DNA of 64,000 bases from Lama guanicoe (lineage: Eukaryota): contig MU054338.1 in the NCBI GenBank assembly GCA_013239625.1, forward strand, positions 3,931,371 to 3,995,370, in the 5' to 3' direction. The first letter of the stretch is position 1. Every line of letters begins with the position of its first letter. Under the pieces are notes generated by a model. The model was not told the origin of the DNA. It saw only the letters and a program-made list of their open reading frames with translations, and did no database searches. Made by a program: the position numbers and the translations under genes. Below are positions 35,601 through 47,600 of this stretch, one piece after another.

Positions 35601-38600
35601 AAACAGTAAGGACGAGCCAAGGAGACGCAGCAGCGGCCCCTCCCCACTCCAGGGCCAGGCAGCTTTCCCTAAAATCACTTTTGTTTTCTGAACTTCTGGG
35701 AGACTCCTTCCATCTTGGTTGCACACCCTTGTGCCTCTATTTCTTGACTTAGCAGGAGCTTAATCTTTATTTCCGACTGGGTGCAGTGCAGCCCACGTTC
35801 CTCCCTGTCGGCCGTTTAGTTTCGCTGGTCTCGCCCGCGTGGATGAGTGACAGAACGCCTGGCGGAAGGACACATGGGCTTTAAGGCTCATTCGGCTTAA
35901 TCAGCACTCGCGACGGAAGGCACAGTGTCTCAGGAACTCACGGTGCCAGCGGGGCGCAGACAAGTTTGAATAGCTCCCAAGTATATTAAATTCAGTCCAC
36001 TATTTAAAAATTTTTTAAAGGAACTTAAACAATTCCTTTCCTTTCCTGTACAATCCTGGCATAATCTGATCCATAAGGGCTAGACTGTGCCTCCCAAGGG
36101 AGGTGAGCTGACTTCTCCTCTGAGTTCATTAGCAGCTGCCCAAATGGCCACTCCATTTATAACATAATAACTGCCTAAAATGACCTGCCAGACCAAGGTC
36201 ACCCCCGCAGAGGGCCAGCAGCGGCCAGTGTCGAAGCAGCAGGCGCAGCTCCAGGCTGGTCTGCCCTGTTCAGTGTCCCGACCCCGCCTCCTGGACTAGA
36301 CGCGGGCAGGGGACGGGATAATGCTTCTGAACACGCAGGGAGAAGCAAGGACAAGGATGGAGAACCTGCTGGAGTTAACCTTATGCCCTAAAACAGAGCT
36401 GGTTTTTGTGACCAGAGAAGGAGGAAATAAAAGTTTACATGGTTTATGAACAACGCTTTTGGATCTTTAAAGAAAATGGAGAGTGTTTTAAAAGAACAAG
36501 AGCAGCAGGCTGGGAGTTCGGAGGTTAGGGCAGTACAATCACAGAGTCCCGTCTGGAGAAAGGAAATGCTGCAGTTAAGGGAAGGGCTGGTAGGAAGATG
36601 GACAGGACCACAGGGCTCACTGCTGGGGAGGGGGAGGGGGCATTTTCAATCTGTTGGTCCATTTTAATTTAGCTAATGAAACATTTAAACATTATGTAGT
36701 AATATCATATGTGCTGGCCACACCAAAACCTGAGTAGCCCAGAGACATCCAAGTCTCCGTCCAGGGCCAGGACTGGGGTGGGGCCCTCAAGGCACCCGGG
36801 CATCAAACTGAAGGAGGTGCTCATTCTGCAGGTCGTGCCGGGGCAGGATCAGCCTGGAGGGGAGCAACTCTGGAAATCTGGCGTCCTGGGCACCTCGCTT
36901 GCCCCACCTCATCGCAGCCCTGCCTCAGCCTCTCCCGGGCTCCTGCCCCTGCCCTTGTCCCCAGCAGCTGGGTCCCGGGTCACATCCACGCTTGCTTTAA
37001 TGGTTTCTCCTCGGTTGGCGCTGTATGACACATTCAGTTCCGCTCCTTGTGTTTATCACTTAATCTTTCGTGGAGCTCTTTCTGAGCCAGTTCTTCTAGA
37101 TCAGGAGTTGGCAAACTTTTCTGTAAAGGGCCCAAGAGTAAATATTTTGGGCTTTGTGGCCCAGGCGCTTTCTGTTACAGCTGCTCAGCTCGGCCCCTGT
37201 AGTTGGAAAGCAGCCACAGCTGGTGTACGAATGGGTGGGCGTGGCTGCGTGCCAATAAAACTTTATTTACAAAACCAGGCAGCTGACAGGATCTGGCTGG
37301 AGGGCTGCAGTCCGCTGCCTCTGCCCCCAGAGATTTACTGAGCAAACGTACATCCCTCACGGGATTACACCATATAGATTACACTTCGCTGCTCAGCTGA
37401 CTTTTTGAATGTTTTCACTAGAGGAGGGACTGCTGCACTGAACGTACTAAATGCTACTGAATTATATGCTTTAAAATGGTTAATTTCATGTTATATGAAT
37501 TTTGCCTCAATAAGAAATGTAGAAGGTAATGCATACATGTGGCTAAAATTTAAATAGGAAAAAAGGTATTAAAAAAACCTGTTTTCCTCTTTTCTTTCTT
37601 CCTCATAGAGGTAATTTTTTTGAGGGGGTGGGTGGTAATCATTTTTAACAGCTAGCAAATATGTTTAGTTCTTCTTGTAGTTCCAAGAACTTTAAAAAAT
37701 AGAGTTCTACTTCTTAATTCGTTAACTTAAAAATATTTTTAACTTATAGTTTGGAAATATCCAGACGAACAACAAAGCTGTTGTTAAAAATAACACAAAG
37801 CATTCCCACTGCCAGTCAGGTGGCCTCTCCAAACGTCAGCATCTTACATGACCTGGACATTAACCCCCCACTGTTAACCAGTCGAATCACTGGAGGAACG
37901 TCCTGCTCGTGGACCGGGATCCAATCCGTGGTTGCACACTGATCATCTGCATGCACAGCCAGGAAGGAAAATATCAGGAAGACGAGGACCGGGCAGAGGA
38001 GCCGAGGAAGAGGGTTTATTAGGGGGGTGGCCCGTTCGCTCGCCGTAGCCCTTGACATGTTCTGTGGGTCTGTGTCACGTATACAGGAGCAATGACTTCT
38101 CCGGTAAGTTATCTGACACTCTGCAGAGTAAGCATAAGAGGGCATTCCAGTACGTCATTCTTCAGTTTTGTCGCTTACAGCGGAACAGAGACGGAACTTC
38201 GGACAGGTCCTTCAAGGGGGCGCTTCTGAGTCAACACAGGCGCTGCTCCCAGCTTGTAAAACCAGACTCAAAAGTGATGATGTCATTAAATGTGTGTCAA
38301 AACCTGCAGAGTGTACAACGCAAAGGGTGAATCCTAATGTAAAGTAGGGGCTTTGGTTAATCATACTAATGAGCCAATGTTGGCTCACTGACTGTACCAA
38401 ATGCACCAAACTTATGCGACATGTTAATAACAAGGAAAACTGTGTGCAGGTGGGGTGGGGGTCATGGAGATTCTCTATACTTTCTGCTCGATTTTTCTGC
38501 AAACCTAAACCTGCTCTTAAGAAAAGTCTATTCAGTTAAAAATAAAGTGATGCTGAATATTTTAGAGAAAAAAGCAGATGCACTAGTGGCAAAATTCCTT

Positions 38601-41600
38601 TATCAAACAATGTGCGTTTGCCGGCAAAACTTCTGCTCTGGCAGCTGGACAAAAGCTCTGATGTGCAGAGGGTGCAGAAGCTTCTAGGGCATGCACGTTA
38701 TGCATGTGAGCGCGTGGTCCCAGCAGGATGTCCTGAGTCTGCGTGGACGATGCCGGCTACAGAGAAGAGCTGTGGGGCGGTGGACAAGCCACAGTGAGTT
38801 GTGCTGCGTGGATGGTGCACCAGCCCAGAGGGCTGCCAGGGAGGGTGGCTGCAAGGATAGAGGGACACGAGAGGGAAACCAGGCTACACGCAGGGAGCCA
38901 TGGACGATGTGGAGGCTCCGCCAGCCCTGACTCGGCACAGACGGGAGCAGGTCCCTTACAGACACATTCACTTGGTGCGTGGCCATCTTCACAGGGAGCT
39001 GGACAGCGGATGCAAGATTCGGCTCCTGTACCCCCGTGTGCTAGTGGTCAGGCCCGGAAGCTCACTCGAGTTCTGAAAGCAGGAGCCGAGTTTCCGATGA
39101 CGCTGTAAAGAAATGTCTCTGATTTCTAGTGGCATATCTCAGGGATGTGGCTTGGATATTGTAGAAATGGAATCTATCATTCCGGGGCCCCAAATATCGT
39201 GGCTGTTAACGTGGAGATCTCAGGATTTTCCAAGGAGACTCGAAGTGTTCCACGGGGCTGGGATGCTGGGACTCTGGAGGGCTTCCCCACGTGGGGGTGG
39301 ACGGAACGGCTGGTGCTGTCTTAGGCGTGTCTGGAAATCACATCAGATGCCACGCAGCTTACAGAGTTCTTCCCGTCGCTGACCACGGCCAGAAAAGGAC
39401 GGAACTGATTTGCTGCCGTCCTCCGAGGTGAAGTGCTGGCCCTTCCAGCTTCAGTGCAGCAGGTGCTCACAGACCAGGTGTCCAGCCCACCTGAGTGGGG
39501 TCCCCAGGGCAGACACCCTGACCTCAGTGTGATCGGAGCACCCAGGGCCACGGCTGCCTGTGTGCTGGCGCTTCTCGACCTCCAGGAAATGTGAAGTTCA
39601 ACAGGCCAGCCACCCTTCACCAGGCCAGGTCCGGGAGCCCTGCTCAGACCCTGACGGCACGTCCTCTCATCCTAAAAGCTGGATAGGTGATTTGCCTTCA
39701 TCAGCCCCCAATATGTGGCCCATGGGGGCTGCCTGTTTGCATGGGGTGGGGGGGCTCTTCTCGAAGCCCCAGGGGCCCTCCAGCCTCCCCCTGACACGAC
39801 CCAAAGGGCGGACCTCTCAGCTGGGCATCTCTGCTCCACGTGATCAGAAAACAGAAAAAAGCACAACAGGGAAAGTTATCCAAAACTTAGCAATTGGGCA
39901 ATTCAATTCTAAGATTTAAGACACCAGTGAAACTTTAACCAGAAATAAGACTCAAGAAAATGTGTCACCAAAACTCAGTGGGGCTGCTGGTGCCGATTTG
40001 CTCTGGTCTTTGTGCTCCATTTTCGGAATTAACTTGAAATCCCTCAGAACAACTCTGACATAAGAAAATTGGTAGCCGTGGAACGCCGACTCCAGGAGTC
40101 ATCATTTATTGCTGTTGCAACCTCAGGGCTGCCCCGTTTTGGCTCCTGGAAAGTGCCTGGGATCTCCGTGGATCCTTGTGAGGTGGCCCCACACCAAAAG
40201 CCAAAACATCACAACGGAGCAGGTGGAGTCCGGGGGCAGGTGCTCATCCGAGGTGGTCCCCCTCCAGGACCTTCACAGGGTGTGAGGGGTGTGTGTTTGA
40301 GAAAACACAGCCTGGTCACAGATTTCCAATCGATTCTAAAACTTGATTCTTCTAATGCAACCCAGATGACAGATCACAGGAACCGGGCGGCCCGGGGTTG
40401 GAGCTGCATACTTGTTTGCCGCGAGATGGTGTGGACACTGTGACCTGTGACGGCAGTAGGTCTGTGACCTGCGACCCCAGGTTACTCACTAGTATAAGCT
40501 GACGCAGTTTGCTGACGCGGAGCCACCACACTTGTGAAAGTTAATGCTGTCTGTGAGGAACACTTCTGATCGACAGTGGTTCTAAACTCAGGTCCCCCAG
40601 CCAATTCTCTGAGGGTGGGCTGAGGCCCTGGGGGCACTGAGTGAGGCTGGTGCCCCCGGGATGGAGTGCAGGCACTGCCCCACAGTCACGGCTCTAGGGA
40701 GCAAGTGACTTCTCTCTACGCCTGTCCTCAGAGCCGGGTCCTGGGAAGCACTCTGGACTTAGAGAGAGAGAGGACAGCAAGAGTCCAGGAGCCTCCGATG
40801 TCAGGGTGACCCCAAAACACATCAGGACCAAAAGAGCAGGGATGAGGCTAGAATGTCACCTTCTGCTTCAGATTAAGCCCACACAGAAATAGGAAGTTAT
40901 TTCTCAACTGACAATTACTCCATCTAGCCCATCATATCTATAGTCCAAGGAGGAAAAAACACATGATCATATAATGTTGAAAAGGCATTTGAGACAAATT
41001 CATTTTCCAATTATGATAAAGACTCTCAGAAACTAAGGAATGGAAGGAAACGTCCCCAACCTGAAAAAGGGTATTTGTGAAAAGCCTACAGGTAGCATTG
41101 CACTTAAGGGTGAAAGACTGAAGCTTTTCCCCCAAGGCTGAGAGCAAGACAAGGATGTCCACTTTCACCACTGCCATGAAACAGCATACTGGACATTCTC
41201 ACCAGCATAATAAGGCAAGAAGAAATAAAAATCATCCAGATTGGAAAAGAAGAAATAAAATCGTTCTGATTTGCAGACCAAAAAAACCCTTAGAGCTAAA
41301 AAGTGAGTTTAGCGAGGTTGCAGGAGGCAAGGTCAAGAGCCAGAAATCAACTGTATTTTCATACACTAGCAATGAGCACTTGGAAGCTGAAATTGAAAAT
41401 CAATACCATTTACAGTAGCTCCAAAAACATGAAATACTTAGGTGTAAATCTAACAAAATAGGCACAGGATCTGCATGCTAACAAATACCAAAAGCTGTTG
41501 AAAGAAATCAAAGATGCTCTAAATAAATGGAGAAAACATACCATGTTCATGGATTGGAAGACCCAAAATAGTGAAGATGTCAATTCTCCCCAAATTGATA

Positions 41601-44600
41601 TACAGCTTTAATGTTGTTTAATCAAAAATCTCACTAGGAATTTTTTGGGTAAATATAACTGATTAAAAATTTTTATAGAAAATTCTAAATTTATGTAAAC
41701 AGCCAACACAGCACTGAAGAAGAATAAAGTGAGAGGGATTGCTCCACCCAATTTTGAGGCTGACTCTAAAGCTGCCGTAATTAAGACAGTGTGGTATTAG
41801 CAAAGGGCCAGGCGCACAGATCGATAGAACAGAACAGAACAGAAGGTCCCAAATAGGCCAATGGATTTTTGACAAAGGCACAAAAGCAATCCGATGGAGA
41901 AAGTACAGTCTTTTTAACAAATGATGCTGGAACAACCAGTTGTTTCATATGCGTAAACATAAGCCACAACAAACTTTAAGTCTTATACAAAAGTTACCTC
42001 AGGATGAAGCAGAGCTCAGTGTAAAATGCAAAACAATAAAACTTTTCAAAGAAAACACAGGAGAAAAATCTTCATGACCAGGGGATACACAAAGAGTTCT
42101 TAGGACAACATCAAAAGTATGATCTTTTCAAAAAAGAAAAACTGACAAATCGCATTTGATCAAAATCATTGGAAAAAAATTTTCTCTCTGTAAAAGACAC
42201 TTTTTTTTTTTTGAACACAAGCACAGCTTTATTCAATGGCCAAAGAGTCAAAAGCCACTTTTAAGAGAAAGAAAATACACTCCAAAGACTGCAAGGTAAT
42301 ATTTGCAAATCACATATCCAGCAGGGGCCTTGTATCCAGAATATACAAACACTTCTCAAAACACAACAGTAAGGAAACAAACAACCCAGCTAAAAAAATA
42401 AACGACTTCAATGGACACATCACCAAGGACTGTCTACAAAGGCAAAAAACGTGAACGGAGGCTCGCCACCCCGGGTGATTATGAAAATGCAAATTGCGAT
42501 TCCTCATGTCAGGACTGCCTAAAGGAGGAGACCGATCTGCGGCACAAATGAAAGCACACGCTTTGCTTGTATTGTTTGTTCGCTGAGGGGGAGGTAATTA
42601 GGTTTCTTCATTGGTTTCCCCTTGGAGGAGGTGCCGGGGATTGAACCCGGGACCCCTTGGGTGCTGAGCATACGCTCTACCACTTGAGCTATACCCTCCC
42701 CCCTGAAAATGCAGATTACAACCACAGGGAGACACCACCACGCGCCTACGAGGGATGCTGACAATACCAAGTGCCGGCGGCGAGGCAGAGCAAGGGGGCC
42801 TCACACGTGGCTGGAGGAGCGCGAAACAGTACCACCGCCCAGAAAGCACTGGCGGTTTTGGACAAAGTTAAATGTACACTTAACCGCAGGAGCAACCCCA
42901 CTGGTCAGTATTGACCCCAAAGAAAGGAAAAGCTATGTCTGCATGCGGGAGTCCTTCGAGCTGCTTTGTTCAGTCACTGAAAGCTGGGAAGGGCCCAAGT
43001 GGCCCTTGGATAAACGAGCTCTGGTGGAACGGGGCACCTCTCAGGAGCAAGAAGGACACACTGACTCAGGGACAGCTGGGCGGGATCTCTGGGGCCCCAC
43101 ACAGAGCGACAGAAGCCGGTCACAAAGGCTCCCTTTACATGACATTCCCCAAGAAACAAAACTGCAGTGACAGAGAACAGACAAGCGGTTGCCAGGGGGT
43201 GTGGGCGAGAGGGGGTCGTGACCGACAAGAAGTACCCGAGGGAGCTTCTGGGTGACGCAACCACTCTGTGTCCTGGGGTGGGGACAGGCACACGAGTCCA
43301 TATGTGCGTCGAAATTCACAGGTCTGTATGCCAAAAACGCCCGTTTTACTCTGCGCTAGTTTAAACAATAACAGTGAATATGGAAAACGGAGTTTTAAAA
43401 GCAGATACGACGTAAAGCAGGTGAGCCCCTGTTTCGGGGTAACAATTGGGTAGGGCCCTGGCTTCGTTCAGCCCAGCTTTCCTGCGGAGGGACTGATCTC
43501 TGAGAGGCTGGTGAGGGTCACAATGGGACACCCATGGGGGACGCCATCCCACATGCCTCACTCACAACCGCCCACCGTGGCCATCTGCCTTCTGTCTTGA
43601 CCGAGGGAGGGACTGAGGGTCAAAGGGGTCGGTGAGCCGGCCCGTCTGAGGCTGGTGGGGCTCCGAGACCCACGCTCCAGGCCGCCTTCTACTCACCGTC
43701 CCTGCTGCTGCTGGGAGTCTATTCAGGGCCTAACCTGCCGCCCCCGGCAGCCTCGGCCGTACATACCGTAGCCGGCGACGACCGGGACGTGTGGGCCAGG
43801 GAGTGCCTGGTGCTGTCCATGCCCCCGTGGATGAGGTAGGCTCCTGCGCTGGAGACGATGGGGCTCCCCCCGACATCCACGGTGATGCCCACCATGCTGT
43901 GGGAGGGGACCCCGGGCGGGGAGGAGCCTGCCACGGTCACCTGGGCGCCGCCCGGGGCTTCGAAGTAGGACGCGGCGCTGCTGGGGGCGTACATCTGGGG
44001 CTCGGGGTTGTAGGCGTAGGCTGTCCGCCTGCCGGGAGAGAGAAGGCTTCGTGTCAACGTGGGAACCCAGGGGGCCCAGCCCACAGGGCAAGGTGGACAT
44101 GAACTGTCAACAGAGCAGAGCTCATGGCCATCGTCTCTGCCAGTGTTCAGGTGACAGCTGGCTGGTCGACAAACTGCACATGCAGGCTGCTCGCAGGTGC
44201 TCCTGGGGGTGAAGGGCTGGATCTGACTGTGGTTACAGGGGGTCTACCCTGGGGGCAAGACCATGGAGAGCTAGACACACACGCCCGCGTGCACAAGAGT
44301 GTAGCGGCCGCAGTGCTGAACGCGGCTGACGTCAGTGCCCTGCTTTTGAGACCATCCTGCGGTCGTAGACGATGTCAACACGGGCAGGGGGTCCGGGGCT
44401 AATTTTGCAATTTCCTGTGAGTCTCTAGTTTTTTCAAAAACAGCAAGTTAAAAAAAGTGTATTTACATAATAGAAAGAATTTCTAAGTGATTCCAAGAAT
44501 TCCTCTGATGTTCCTTTAACATCTGGATCAAATTATTAACCATGTCGGTTGAGAATTACATTTTAAAGATCCAGCCATAGTAAAAGGAGACCATTCAGTA

Positions 44601-47600
44601 GAGACTTTCCTCAGGGGTGACTACAGGTTTGTGCCATGTCCTGAGGGGAGGCCCCTCTGGGGGGCAGGGCGGCCCCTCTGATCTGCGCTCTGGTCCCCCG
44701 ACCCCTGGGGACATCCTCTCTGACTGCAGGGCAACCAAACCAGGACGCTGACTCGAAGCCTCCTCCAGACCTCACTGGGGTCCTGGGGTTCACCTGCGCT
44801 CCTCTGTGTCACTGCGTTATAACCCTCAGGGCTGTGCTGGAGACACTCACCGACTCCAGCAACCATATCTCCCTAACCACAACCACACCCTCACGTGCAG
44901 TCCCAGAACTCACGAGGGGAGTCGTGGAAACCGGAGGCAGAAAGAAGCAAGAGGACGCGCGTCTCGAGCGCACAGTCAGCTTCTGGGAATCGCATCGTTT
45001 TCTGCCCCGAGCATCACAGGGTCCAAAAGCAGATACCCCTAGACGCCTTGACAAGTGGAAAATCCAGCTTTACCAGCATCACACAAAGCCAGAGGTTAAC
45101 AGGGGCCAGGAGGATAACACAGAGCTCCAGAAACGGCTCCTGGGTCATGGAGGTGGAGTCTTCAGACGCGTAAGTTGGATTGCCTTTTTAATGGAGGTAC
45201 TGGGGATTGAACCCAGCACGACTGCATGTGTGCTGAGCACATGCTCTACCGCTGAGTTATTTCCCTCCCTCCTTTTTTTTTTTTTTAAGACTGCCTTTTC
45301 TAGAAGTAAAACTACAAAGGCCTGTGATTTCTGAAATCTCCACTGGGCTGATACTGCCGTAACAGTTGGGACTTGTCACCCGAGGGGTAAGGGAGAGGAC
45401 TTTGTGCTGACACGTCCCCCATGGGCCACGTGAGCGTGGAGGAAAACGGTGGGACGTGGCCCATGGCTGGTTCCCTGCGAGGCCCCTTGCAGGGAGGAGG
45501 ACACGCACGTACAAGGCTCCGTTGGTGTAGACGGCGTCGCCCCCCTCCACGTACTGCACCTGGGGGGGGTACACGTGCTGCACGGGCTGCACCTGAAACA
45601 ACAGTGGATACCTGGCGTTACACAGTCTCCTTGTCCACGTTTCCAGATCATTCGGGCACAAAGACCTCTTACTGCCTTTCATGAGCACTGAGTAAGTACC
45701 CCACTACAGGCTTCCTGCCCGTGGCCAGCACTTCCGGAAGGAGTACAGAGATGGTCTCGTCAAGGCACGTGTTCCCGGCAGCCCCGGGGGCTCTGCTGCG
45801 CTTGCTGGGAGCTGCCTGTCTCTACTGCGGGGCAGGGGGGAGGCAGGTCGGGGCCCCCGTGACGTGCGGGGAGGATGCCTGCTGTCTGCTGGCCACGGGC
45901 AGAGAGGCCGGTCCCGCTGGATAGCGGAAGCCAGAGGTGTGGACAGAATGGGGACCTCGGAGCATCGGATCCCCCCATGTCACTGGCAGGGCAGGTGGTC
46001 ACACTCTCTACCGCCCCCTGTTGCTCCCTGCCGTGGCCCTGGTGCCCCTTCCCAGCAGTGGGGCGAGGGTCCTGGGAGCCATGCTGGAGAGACAGTGAAA
46101 TTCTGAGCAGAATTGGCAGGAGCGATGTGCCTGGAGTGGGAATGGGAGATGGGGAGGGGGCAAAAGGGGAGATCCCAGCACCTCTGGCCTCATCCCTCCC
46201 TCATCTTCAGTTCAGAGCCTTGGTTGAGGACCCCCAAGGGACGCTGGCCCTGGGGTGGAGGCCCAGGGCTGCGTGTGCAGAACCTCAGCGTCTCACGGCA
46301 GAGGGAGGCTTGCGGATGCCTAATTCAACCCCGCTTTGGGTGAGGGGAGCCAGAGTCGGTCTCTCTGTGTTCTCCCTACAGGACTTTGTGTGCAGCAGCG
46401 GGACAGGGCCGAGCCCCACCCTGCCGGCAACCCAGCACGCGGACGTGCACACACCCAGCCCTGGGAGGACTGCCTGCCGGGGAAGGCACCGGGGTGCACG
46501 TGCTGGGCAGGTGTGGTGGGGGGGGCTGGGTAAAGTCCAGAAGTCAGCCCCGAAGTCTGAGCTGCCCAGAGAGAAACAGCTGGGACAGGCCCAGCCCCAC
46601 AGATGGGGGAAGCTTCTGGAATCAGAAGCTGTGGTCGCCCCTCCCTTGAGGAGCTAAGGCAGCGCCGCTGGTTCCCTGCCAGCCGGCCCAGAGCCTTCCC
46701 GGAAACCACATGGCCTCAGACACACATCTCTTAACAGGCTACTAAATTGAGCAGGAGCCCCTCGAAGAGAGAGGCGTGTCCAGGTCCTGCCATCTCCATC
46801 TTATGTTCAGGGTTATTTTCAGGCAGGAGCTGATTTTAACTCAGCATCTTACAGAGCAGGAGTCGGCAAACCCCAGCCCTCGGGCCAAACCTGGCCCACC
46901 CGTTCTTATAAATAAAGTTTTATTGGCACACAGCCATGCCCTTCCTTTATGACTTTGGCGAGTGTTGTGTGGTTGTGCCAGGGACCATCTGGCATGCAAA
47001 GCCAAAAAAATTGTACAGTTAGTCCTTCCCTGGAAAAGGTTTGCCGACGGCTGCCCCGATCACGCTGACCGTCTGAGCTGATGATCTATGCTGCTACCGC
47101 GCGGTCCAGCTTTGTTCTCAAATAATGAATTTCACAAGACGCGCCCGTCTGAGGGTCCAGCACTTGCCTGCGGATGGGTTTGCCTCCCCCGGAGGCTCCA
47201 TGCTCCTCCAATCCAGAAACCTCCGCTATCTGCCTGTGTGTCTACCGCAGCACCCCGCGCTCTACCTAGGGGCTCGCTTGCGCCCCAAAGGCTGCATATC
47301 TGAATGAATGAAAGATCATCAGCTTTCTTGGCTTGTCGCAAACTATCTGCAGCAAAAGATTTTTGTTTGGTTTTAACATGGCTTCCAAACGAACTTTCTG
47401 GTAAGGAACTGAAGACATCAAACAGAAAGGGAGAGCAGCAACAGAAAAGCATGCATCACGGTTCTGAGAGGGCTCCCGAGCACGAGTGCCAACCGCATCC
47501 CGCGCCACCTGCGCTGTGGTTACCTGCTGTGGCACCTGCTGGACTCTGGGGAGGGAGATTGGCTGCATCTGGGCCCCTTTGGGAGCCGAGCCCGCTGCCT

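Noticed and set aside
36181..36201. Nuclear-receptor half-sites TGACCT-n9-AGGTCA (includes CCAAGGTCA)
   Set aside because: Non-standard spacing; short motifs like this are expected by chance in 64 kb
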